Assembly (NCBI GenBank): GCA_963663805.2
Contig: CAXXMR010000012.1
Coordinates: forward strand, 320,001 to 384,000
DNA length: 64,000 bases
Origin: Sedimentisphaerales bacterium
Lineage (GTDB): Bacteria > Planctomycetota > Phycisphaerae > Sedimentisphaerales > SM23-30
Direction of reading: 5' to 3'
A model generated the notes under the pieces. The model ran no database searches. It saw only the letters and a program-made list of their open reading frames with translations, and had not been told where the DNA came from. Every line of letters starts with the position of its first letter. Positions within the stretch are counted from its first letter, which is position 1. This document shows, one piece after another, positions 1 to 8,255 of this stretch. The translations under genes were made by a program, and so were the position numbers.

Positions 1-44
1 ATGGCACGTCCTGTAGCCCGCAACGGCAAGAAGGAGAGTCGTAC

Positions 45-263
45 ATGGCAGTCGGTACAGTAAAATGGTTCAACGAGAAAAAAGGCTTTGGCTTCATTAC
101 CGGAGACACCGGTGAAGCCGACATCTTCGTTCATTTCACCCAGATTCAGGGAAACGGCTATCGCAAGCTGGCCGAAGGTGACATGGTCGAATTCGAGGTA
201 GTGCAGGGTGAGAAAGGCCCAAAGGCCGCTAAGGTCATTAAAAAATCTGCCGAAGAAAATTAA
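45..263 (+). CDS. cspA: Cold-shock protein (CSD)
   Basis: [15 protein letters not shown] (RNP-1) and DIFVHF (RNP-2); AAGGAG SD upstream. Confidence 0.95.
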   Translation: MAVGTVKWFNEKKGFGFITGDTGEADIFVHFTQIQGNGYRKLAEGDMVEFEVVQGEKGPKAAKVIKKSAEEN

Positions 264-461
264 TTAGTCTTTCGGGTTCTTTATATTTGTAATGCTGGCG
301 AACAGCCAGGTGTGGTTAACGGTTGGTGGTTGTAACGTGGTGTGGTACAGGGGTAGGCTCTGTACAAATTTTGCACTCCATGTTCATTGAATATGGCAAG
401 GGGGATTTTTTTACGCGCCGATATTGAACCGCGTGTACAATTAGGATTTAGAATCAGAACT

Positions 462-1169
462 TTGGATTTATCAATTATCATTCCCGCCTTTAACGAAGCC
501 GACAAAATCGTTGCCGACATTCAGTCCGCCTCAGAATTTCTTGCCGTCGAGAATCTCACCGGCCAAATCATCGTCGTTGATGATGGCAGTATCGACAATA
601 CCGCTCAGACCGCCCAAAAAAGTGAAACCCAGGCGGAACTAAAAGTAATATCCCTGCCCGACCATCATGGCAAAGGCCACGCCGTCAAACAAGGTATCCT
701 CCAGACCACCGCCGACTATGTAATGTTCATCGATAGCGGTAATTGCGTTCCTTTAGAATGTGCTAACGCGGGCCTCGACCTGCTCCGCACCAACCAATGC
801 TACCTCGCTCACGGCACTCGTTACGCGGCAACAAGCCAGATACAAAACCATCAACCCCTGACTCGCCGAATCCTGGGTTTTCTTTTTCGAAAATTTACTA
901 CTATCCTTCTTAAACTCCCCCCGGAATTAACCGACACTCAATGCGGTTGCAAAATCTATAAAGGCCCAATCGCCCGCGAACTCTACAAAGAATCTTTCAC
1001 CGACGGTTTTATGTTCGACCTGGAAATAATCCTCCGAGCCCGCCGAAAAAACTATCGCATCAAAGAATTCCCCCTGACTTGGTCCTGCGACCTCGACAGC
1101 CGTCTCAAACCCGCCCGCAAACTCACCGAAATCATCAGCGAACTAATCAAAATCCGCCGCAAAATCTAA
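462..1169 (+). CDS. GT2 glycosyltransferase, polyprenol/dolichyl-phosphate glycosyl synthase-like
   Basis: LSIIIPAFNE, IIVVDDGS, GKGHAV, DTQCGCK, FDLEI; TTG start at 462 chosen because the domain begins there (ORF track starts at 387). Confidence 0.85.
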   Translation: MDLSIIIPAFNEADKIVADIQSASEFLAVENLTGQIIVVDDGSIDNTAQTAQKSETQAELKVISLPDHHGKGHAVKQGILQTTADYVMFIDSGNCVPLECANAGLDLLRTNQCYLAHGTRYAATSQIQNHQPLTRRILGFLFRKFTTILLKLPPELTDTQCGCKIYKGPIARELYKESFTDGFMFDLEIILRARRKNYRIKEFPLTWSCDLDSRLKPARKLTEIISELIKIRRKI

Positions 1170-1930
1170 CTCCATTCACCAAACCAGCAAACCTCCTCTT
1201 CCCCGTCCAGCCCCGCCACCCCAACTGCCACATCAGGATGCCCCAGACAATATGCTTCAATTTCTGTCCGTGTCATGACCATAAACGCCGTCGATAACGC
1301 GTCCGCCCGCGCCCCGCAATCTGTCCGCACCCACGCCCCTCGCTGTCCCCGCACCGCCTCACCCGTGCGCGGGTCAATAATATGCTCACCCTGGACCAAC
1401 CCCGAACTGCTCAACGCCGCTTTGCACAAATCAATCTGACGCACCACACGATTCCCCGCCGCCGGAAAACTAAGATTCACAGGCCACCCTCTCTCACCTG
1501 TCGCCAGCACCGTACTTTGCCCACCGTGCAGCATAGCGTCCCCAATTTCCCAGTCCGCCAGCACCTCCACCATATAATCCAAGGCCGCCCCCTTGCCAAT
1601 CCCCCCCAAATCAAAAAAAGGTGTCCGGTACTTTTTTTCATAGTTAATATCAAACGCCCCGCCCGTCTCTCGCCGTACTGCCTCGGCAACCTCCAAACAT
1701 TCCTGAGTCTCGATGCTGACTGGCACCATTTCGCCCTTTGCCGCGTTCAATTGCGCTATATCGCTGTTGCAGATAAACCTGCTCCAGTCCTGCTCCAGCC
1801 GCTCCAAAATCCCAAACGCCGCATCCGCCGCCTGGTGAGCGTATCGTCTGTCCTCATGACATATCAAAATCTCAAATATCGTCGCCATCCCCTTCGCCGA
1901 AAACCGATACAGCCCAGCTTCATCTCTCAT
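1166..1930 (-). CDS. apbE: FAD:protein FMN transferase (ApbE family), short form
   Basis: MATIFEI, SDIAQLN, GGAFD, DLGGIGKG, ALSSSG, HIIDPRTG, ADALSTAF motifs. Confidence 0.85.
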   Translation of the reverse strand: MRDEAGLYRFSAKGMATIFEILICHEDRRYAHQAADAAFGILERLEQDWSRFICNSDIAQLNAAKGEMVPVSIETQECLEVAEAVRRETGGAFDINYEKKYRTPFFDLGGIGKGAALDYMVEVLADWEIGDAMLHGGQSTVLATGERGWPVNLSFPAAGNRVVRQIDLCKAALSSSGLVQGEHIIDPRTGEAVRGQRGAWVRTDCGARADALSTAFMVMTRTEIEAYCLGHPDVAVGVAGLDGEEEVCWFGEWS

Positions 1931-3456
1931 TGCCCCGCCTCCATTCTGTCCCTAATATCCTTTCGCACCAACCCAATCATCTCCAGCCCAGGCCGCAAAT
2001 AGACCTCACTTTCAAAAAGCGGGACATAAAGCGACTTCTCGCCCGCTGGCAAATCATACAATCGCCCTATCACTTCATTTTTACTTTTCGCAAAGGTAAT
2101 CACTGCGACACCGCCCGCTGGCACATTCTCAATATCATCGGTATATCCAACATTCCCCAAATCCCGCAAATACCACGGTATAGGCCAGTAATCATGCCCC
2201 GCACAATAAAACCAAACCGTCTCGCCGTCCGCAGCCTCGGCTGCTGCCCGCACCCGCTCCGCCATCAAAAAGACATCACGCGTTGGATGAGCATAAACCC
2301 ACGGATTACTCACCTCGCTATGAGAAATATAATTAACATCGTAAGCCTGATACCCCAACCATATAACCCCTGCCCCAATTAAAACCATCAGCGTCCGACG
2401 ATAGCCCGCCCGTGCCGAACTCACCAAAGCATCCAGCCCAATCCCCGCCAATATCGCCCAGGCCGGAATAACCGTAATAAAACTCCACGGTGTTTTATAA
2501 GGAAGCACACTATAAAAAATTATCAGCAAACTCGAAAACACTGCCAGAAACCGGAACAACTTTGCATCCGTCCCGCGCGGCCGACCACCCAGCAACGCCC
2601 AAAAAACTCCCGCCAACCCCGGCCCTGCTATCACTAACTCACTATGCACCACCCCGCCTTTTGCCTGAAACCACAAATAATACCACAGATAATAATACCA
2701 CGGATGGCCATGCACCGAGCTTTCACCCGCCCGTCCAAAATACGTCGTAAACGTCAGCACCGAATCTATAATCCCACCCGGATTAGCGCCAAACGACGAA
2801 AAAAACAATCCCGCCGTTAATACAAAAACCACCCCGGCACCGAATAAATGTCCCCCCTTAACCCTGCGAAACCCCCGTCGACCTTTAACCGCAAATAACG
2901 CCAGCCCCGCACAAAAAAAAGAAATTACCGAAGTCTCCTTCGTCGCAAACGCCAACCCCGCCGCACAACCCGCCAGCAAAAGATAAACACCCTCAAACCG
3001 CCTGCCATACTGCCAAACAAAACCTATCGCCAGATACGTAAAACAAACCAGCAGCGTTTCCTGGATATAATACCGACTGTAATAACTCAACGCCGGCGAC
3101 AACGCCATCAGCAAAACCCCCAGCACCGCCGCCCGCCCCGTCAAACCATCCCGCAGCAGCCAAACGCCCGCCAGCAGCATCAGCCCAAACACTGCCGGTG
3201 TCACCCGTAAGCTCGCGTCATCGACCTCACCCGAACCACCGCCCCAAACCAGTGTAAAATAATTCAGCGTAGGACCATGATATTCATAAGGGTCATAACG
3301 ATAATCATTATGTTCCCGCAGCTCCAGAAACTTCAGCGCGTGAATCGCCTCGTCACCGTGCAGGGGACGTTCGCCCAGCCTCGCCAGCCGCAACGCACCC
3401 GCCGCACAGAATATCAACAACACCCCCAGCTCAATTCTACTCGACGGCCTTGCCAA
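1927..3456 (-). CDS. Multi-pass GT-C/PMT-like membrane protein (TIGR03663/Agl23-like)
   Basis: RPLHGDEAIHA, YRYDPYEYHGPTL, YYSRYYIQE, ATKET, PYKTPW; many TM segments. Confidence 0.75.
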   Translation of the reverse strand: MARPSSRIELGVLLIFCAAGALRLARLGERPLHGDEAIHALKFLELREHNDYRYDPYEYHGPTLNYFTLVWGGGSGEVDDASLRVTPAVFGLMLLAGVWLLRDGLTGRAAVLGVLLMALSPALSYYSRYYIQETLLVCFTYLAIGFVWQYGRRFEGVYLLLAGCAAGLAFATKETSVISFFCAGLALFAVKGRRGFRRVKGGHLFGAGVVFVLTAGLFFSSFGANPGGIIDSVLTFTTYFGRAGESSVHGHPWYYYLWYYLWFQAKGGVVHSELVIAGPGLAGVFWALLGGRPRGTDAKLFRFLAVFSSLLIIFYSVLPYKTPWSFITVIPAWAILAGIGLDALVSSARAGYRRTLMVLIGAGVIWLGYQAYDVNYISHSEVSNPWVYAHPTRDVFLMAERVRAAAEAADGETVWFYCAGHDYWPIPWYLRDLGNVGYTDDIENVPAGGVAVITFAKSKNEVIGRLYDLPAGEKSLYVPLFESEVYLRPGLEMIGLVRKDIRDRMEAGQ

Positions 3457-4291
3457 AAATCTCCACTTCCACGTAATGGTTCAGTTCGTTCTGTGTGTTG
3501 CCATTGCTGTAAAGCCGCACATAACGCGACTTGACGCCCTTGCCGTCAATCAGCCGACCCTCAGCCGTCTCCACATAATGCATATCCGTCCCCACACCCT
3601 GACCCGCCGAGTTGTCGATATCGTTATTGTACAGCGTCTGCACATTCTGCGTAAATTCCAAATCGTCAGCCGTCTGCACAATCACATCAAAATAAACCCG
3701 GGCCGTCATATGAAAATGCCAAACCAGCACTGCGTAAATCTCATAGGGCTGCCCCAGATCAAACGTAATATGTTGAATCATCGGACCCAGCTCAACATAA
3801 CAACCCTCATCGCCCGACTTATCCCCGTCATTAATCAAATCAAGCTCACCGATAATCGGCATGTCGTCCGTGCTGTAAACCTTCTTGCCCCGCGAAACAA
3901 CCGCTGTCCCCGCCGGTGCATAAAACGCAGGCCGGGCTGTCTTGCTCGGCGACTCCAGATTCTCCACCCGAAAATCCTGCGGTGTCCCCACAAACATCGC
4001 TTTCGGCAGTTCAATCTTCAACTCCACCAGCCCATTCTCAGCAGCCGTTTCTTTGACTTCCTCGACCACCGCCGCTTCAATCTCTTCCGCCGCCGACTCA
4101 GCTTCTTCCGCTGTCACCTTCGCCGCCTCAACCGCCTGACTTTCAACCTCAGCACCATCCTCCCCGGCTTCAACATCCTTCACAACTTCAGTCTCACCCG
4201 CCTGCCCCTGCTCCTCATCATTCTTAGCACAAGAGGACAAACCAACCATCACCATAACCGCCAATACAACCGCAAAAATCTTAATCATCAT
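3437..4291 (-). CDS. Lipoprotein with acidic linker and C-terminal discoidin/galactose-binding-like domain
   Basis: Lipobox GLSSC; E/A-rich linker; INDGD, FDLG, RYVRLYSNG, EVEIFG; ATG at 4291 with AGGAGA SD (ORF-track start 4336 lies in a repeat). Confidence 0.7.
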   Translation of the reverse strand: MMIKIFAVVLAVMVMVGLSSCAKNDEEQGQAGETEVVKDVEAGEDGAEVESQAVEAAKVTAEEAESAAEEIEAAVVEEVKETAAENGLVELKIELPKAMFVGTPQDFRVENLESPSKTARPAFYAPAGTAVVSRGKKVYSTDDMPIIGELDLINDGDKSGDEGCYVELGPMIQHITFDLGQPYEIYAVLVWHFHMTARVYFDVIVQTADDLEFTQNVQTLYNNDIDNSAGQGVGTDMHYVETAEGRLIDGKGVKSRYVRLYSNGNTQNELNHYVEVEIFGKAVE

Positions 4292-4320
4292 AGCATCTCC
4301 TGTTAAATATATAATCAACC

Positions 4321-4430
4321 TGTCAGAACCGCGCACGTCAGTAAGCGGTGCCGTTTGCCGTTAAATAAAAACTCTCGACCAAAGGCCGAAACCTCGTCGG
4401 TCACTTCTGCCTCATGTCTCATGCCTCTTG
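4321..4430 (-). repeat. REP-like dispersed repeat, copy 1 (partner at 23121-23220)
   Basis: Reverse complement of 4321-4355 matches 23186-23220 at 34/35 nt; CGAGGTTTCGGCCTTTGG and AGGCATGAG also shared. Confidence 0.85.
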
Positions 4431-6661
4431 CCCGCCGTTATACGAACCAACCGTCCGCACATCCCCAAAAACGAAACACAAACAACTATACCAGAAATCA
4501 CATGAATCATTAACAACCAGTCCTGTGCCTCCGATGCCAGCACCGGCACCATACTAAACAGCACCGAACCAATCAGCGGCAGCAGCATTGCCAGCGTTAC
4601 CCAGAAACACAATTTGCCAATCACCCCCGCCCGCTCACTCAACCGCTGCTTGTCAGCCTTCAGCAAAGCCAGCAAAAACACACATACCACAAACACCGGC
4701 CCCGCGCTAACATGCACCGCCAGCGTATACCCACTCGCCGAAACACCTTTCAGCAAAGGCCACAAACCCGTAACCGCCGCCGCCCCAAAACTAACCACCG
4801 CACCCAGCATAATCAAACCGCCCAGCACTTTAACAATCGCACCATAATCATCAACCCGCCCCAACACAAACAGCAGCATCCGCATCACATACGTCAGCAG
4901 CAAAACCCCCGCACCCGCCGCCACCACTGCCAGCACCACCTTCAGCATAGGCCGAAACACGAACGAAAACCCAAAAAACCGCATGTACCCCTCATCCAGC
5001 TCCAGCAAATCAACCATTCGTAACGCCGGCTTCATCGGCATATCAGGCCCATCACCCGGAACCGCCGCGAAGAAAAACGACGAATCCTTATCGTGACAAT
5101 CCCGACAACTCTCTGCCCCCAAAGCCTGACCCGCCGGTCGAACATTATGAGCCACAGGCCACATGCAAAGCTTAGCCTCATTATAAAAATACCCCGCCCA
5201 GCCAGCGCCATTCAATTGATAAACCATCCCGCCCGAAACCAACACCGCCTCACCATCAATACCTGCCCCACCCAACGCCTCCAAACACTCCTTAACCTTC
5301 CTCTCGTCAAGCCCGGCCAAACCACTCAATATCGAACCAGCATTACCAATTATCCCTCCCACCTTCTTTTTGACCACCGCCAAATCCAGCGGCTCAACCT
5401 TGTTATCCTTTAACCGTCCCCAAAAAGTCGGATAAACCCCGCGCATCGGCGTAATCTTGCCGTCATAACCACGCCCGAAAAGCCCGCCGTAAATATGCGG
5501 CAGCATTTCCTTCGTCCGCGCCGGCCCATGATTCCCCAGCCCATGCCCCCGCGATGTCTGCACCACAAAAACTTCACCCCTCGGCATCGGCCCCGAATGA
5601 CAAGCCGTACAACTCAGCTTCTCAAAATGCAAAGGCGGAAAACCCTTATGCAAAGGACGCGGCGCACCAAACTCACCCGTCTCCAGATGACAGCCCCGGC
5701 AGGTATAACTACCATCAGCGTTGTCATTACCTTCCTCACCCTCATAGCCCCGCACAATCGCATGCCCCAGACCATTATGATGACAATCAACGCAGCTTAG
5801 CCCCGCCGCCACATGCACATCCTCGCCCATCTGCCACTCATCCCCCTCGTCCGCCTCACGATACGAATGACAAAAATAGCAACGCCCGTTATCAATCTCC
5901 CGCCCCACGTCCATGAACACCTTGCCGTCCGTCCCGAAATATTCCTTATGATATGCCACACCCGGCGGAATCAGCTTCGTATCGTCCGGCGGAGGATCAA
6001 TCAAATAATCATACATCTCATCCATATCCGACGCGTTCCCCGTAACTTTCGCCAGACAACTCGCCCCCGCCGGAGCCCACCGCAAATTCTCCTTGCCCAA
6101 CTGAAAACCATACTCCGCCGCGTCATAAGCAGGATTACTGTCATGGCAACCCAGACAGTTTATCTCCATCCCGCCCGAAACCAGCCAGCGCGCGTCAAAA
6201 TCCGGCTCATCCTCGTCAGCGTCCGAAAGATTACCCGGCATCTGCCTGCCAAACTCCTTCATAAAACCCCAAGGCCGCAACCCCGCCTGCTCCGGACGAT
6301 AAACACCGGCCCACTTGCGATACGAAACCGGCAACTGTGTCCCGGTTTCCGCGTCAACAAATAGCCACGGCTCACCCCGCCGTCCCGCTTCAGCCGCACC
6401 ATCATTAAAATTAAAATGCCACCCACCCGACACCTTGCCAACATCGTGACATGCCCCGCAAGTGTTCCGCAGCGAAAACGGCAGCGACGGCTCGTCCGCC
6501 GGATCAACCTTACTGCCTTCCTCGTCCAGCAAATCTATCCTGTGCACCGACGGCGTATGCGTACTAGTTTCCCTGTCCCCGATAAAATCCTCGCCGCTCG
6601 CCGCTCCCGCCGCCAGACAAATCGCCCACAAAGCAACCGAGAATTTATACATCAAATTCAT
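4412..6661 (-). CDS. Multiheme cytochrome c (7 CXXCH) with C-terminal multi-TM domain
   Basis: Signal peptide; CGACH, CLGCH, CYFCH, CVDCH, CRGCH, CTACH, CRDCH; about 5 C-terminal TM helices, two with His. Confidence 0.85.
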   Translation of the reverse strand: MNLMYKFSVALWAICLAAGAASGEDFIGDRETSTHTPSVHRIDLLDEEGSKVDPADEPSLPFSLRNTCGACHDVGKVSGGWHFNFNDGAAEAGRRGEPWLFVDAETGTQLPVSYRKWAGVYRPEQAGLRPWGFMKEFGRQMPGNLSDADEDEPDFDARWLVSGGMEINCLGCHDSNPAYDAAEYGFQLGKENLRWAPAGASCLAKVTGNASDMDEMYDYLIDPPPDDTKLIPPGVAYHKEYFGTDGKVFMDVGREIDNGRCYFCHSYREADEGDEWQMGEDVHVAAGLSCVDCHHNGLGHAIVRGYEGEEGNDNADGSYTCRGCHLETGEFGAPRPLHKGFPPLHFEKLSCTACHSGPMPRGEVFVVQTSRGHGLGNHGPARTKEMLPHIYGGLFGRGYDGKITPMRGVYPTFWGRLKDNKVEPLDLAVVKKKVGGIIGNAGSILSGLAGLDERKVKECLEALGGAGIDGEAVLVSGGMVYQLNGAGWAGYFYNEAKLCMWPVAHNVRPAGQALGAESCRDCHDKDSSFFFAAVPGDGPDMPMKPALRMVDLLELDEGYMRFFGFSFVFRPMLKVVLAVVAAGAGVLLLTYVMRMLLFVLGRVDDYGAIVKVLGGLIMLGAVVSFGAAAVTGLWPLLKGVSASGYTLAVHVSAGPVFVVCVFLLALLKADKQRLSERAGVIGKLCFWVTLAMLLPLIGSVLFSMVPVLASEAQDWLLMIHVISGIVVCVSFLGMCGRLVRITAGKRHET

Positions 6662-7988
6662 CCTTTTCGAATTTCAGCCGACAGGCCGCCTCAACCGCCT
6701 GATTAACCTTCAATACCGTCACCGCCGTCTCATATCCAATTTCACCATCGCAGTTTAGTGTCGCCTTACCCCGCACCGCGTCAAAGAAATTCTCCAGATG
6801 AGGCTGATGATATTTCTTCTCCATCACCACCGGAATCTCATAAGCAGGCGGTGCCAGAGTCTCACGCACATCAAGCAAAGCCGCCTCATCCGTCTCCGCC
6901 GGCTGGCTTTCTGTCGGTGCCTTCAAAACGCCTGCCTCCACCAGCTTCGCCCACGACTCCGCCGCTGGCTCCGGATAAACCGAACCACGACTAGCCGACT
7001 CCGAAATACTGAGTGTCCCTTTATCGCCCAGAAAATTCTCAAAATACCCATTGCAGCTGTTAGTCGTCAGTGTCTGGTAAGTCGCCCGCACCGGCCCCGC
7101 CGCCGTCTCATATTCATAAATCGCCATCACCGTATCATACCACTGATGCGTCGCCCGGTCATAATAATCCGTACCCCCGCTGGCCATAACTGTCTTAGGC
7201 CGCCCTTGCAGGAACCAGTTATAAATGTCAATCTGATGCGAGCCTAGATCAACCATCGGGCCGCCCCCCAGCCCTTTATACCAACGCCAGTTCCGAAACT
7301 GTTCCATCGAATCAAAACCATACTTGCTCAGCGTTGGCCCATCAATCGTGTACTTCTCAGGCCAACCCAAATCAGGCCCCGCCGCCCGATTCCACTGACC
7401 GTTTACCGTAGTTATCCTGCCCAGCAGAGAATTTTCTTTAATCAGCTTCTCATAGCAGTAAAGATACCGCGGATTACTCCGCCGCTGATGACCTATCTGC
7501 AATAGCTTCCCGGTCGACCGAGCCGTACGCACCATCTCCGCCGCGTCTTCCAAATTATTCGACATCTCTTTTTCGCAATAAACATTAAGCCCCGCCTTCA
7601 GGCACGCAATCGAATGACGAGCATGCCAGAAATCCGGCGTAGCGATAATCACCGCGTCCAAATCCTTTTCTGCCGCCAGCATCTCTTCAAAATCAACGTA
7701 ACTGTTCACCTCATGCTTGTATTTCTGCAAAAGTCGCGACACCCGCTTGAGACTGTAAGATTCCCAAATATCGCATACCGCCTTGAACCGTATATTCGGT
7801 ATCCGCAGACAAGAGTTAAGCAAAACCTGCCCCTGAGCTCCCGCCCCCAAAAGCGCCACGTTTATATCGTCGCCCTTAATTGTACCTTCCGCCCCCCAAA
7901 CCCGCGACCCCGTCGCCCAAGCCGCCCCCAGCATCCCCGCCGATTGAAGAAATACCCGACGATCCATCCCATTTTGCTCAGATTTCAT
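6645..7988 (-). CDS. Tat-exported Gfo/Idh/MocA oxidoreductase
   Basis: DRRVFLQ twin-arginine signal; GAGAQG; DAVIIATPDFWH; VYCEK; QIGHQRRS; DLGSHQID. Confidence 0.9.
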   Translation of the reverse strand: MKSEQNGMDRRVFLQSAGMLGAAWATGSRVWGAEGTIKGDDINVALLGAGAQGQVLLNSCLRIPNIRFKAVCDIWESYSLKRVSRLLQKYKHEVNSYVDFEEMLAAEKDLDAVIIATPDFWHARHSIACLKAGLNVYCEKEMSNNLEDAAEMVRTARSTGKLLQIGHQRRSNPRYLYCYEKLIKENSLLGRITTVNGQWNRAAGPDLGWPEKYTIDGPTLSKYGFDSMEQFRNWRWYKGLGGGPMVDLGSHQIDIYNWFLQGRPKTVMASGGTDYYDRATHQWYDTVMAIYEYETAAGPVRATYQTLTTNSCNGYFENFLGDKGTLSISESASRGSVYPEPAAESWAKLVEAGVLKAPTESQPAETDEAALLDVRETLAPPAYEIPVVMEKKYHQPHLENFFDAVRGKATLNCDGEIGYETAVTVLKVNQAVEAACRLKFEKDEFDV

Positions 7989-8082
7989 AATATTATTCCC
8001 GTTCGATAAAAGACCATACCTGCCGGAGACCAAAAATTAACGCATTACCAGCCAATTCCACGCCGCAAAACCTGAAATCGCC

Positions 8083-8110
8083 ATTATACCCCCTCCATCC
8101 CCCCTGTAAA
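8083..8110 (-). promoter_or_regulatory. Putative sigma70 promoter of the oxidoreductase operon
   Basis: TTTACA-N16-TATAAT on the minus strand. Confidence 0.55.
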
Positions 8111-8151
8111 CCCCCAAACCAACCACCTCCCAACCCCAACAGGGCAAAGGA

Positions 8152-8229
8152 AAGAAACTATGAAAGCCAGATGCTCCGGGACGATTATAACATAATTCGT
8201 CCCGGAGCATCTGGCTTTCATAGTTTCTT
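8152..8229. repeat. Perfect 33-bp inverted repeat with 12-nt loop (possible alaS terminator or MITE/REP-like element)
   Basis: AAGAAACTATGAAAGCCAGATGCTCCGGGACGA (8152-8184) and its exact reverse complement at 8197-8229. Confidence 0.95.
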
Positions 8230-8255
8230 AATTCGCTCTAATTGGCTGAGTTGAG

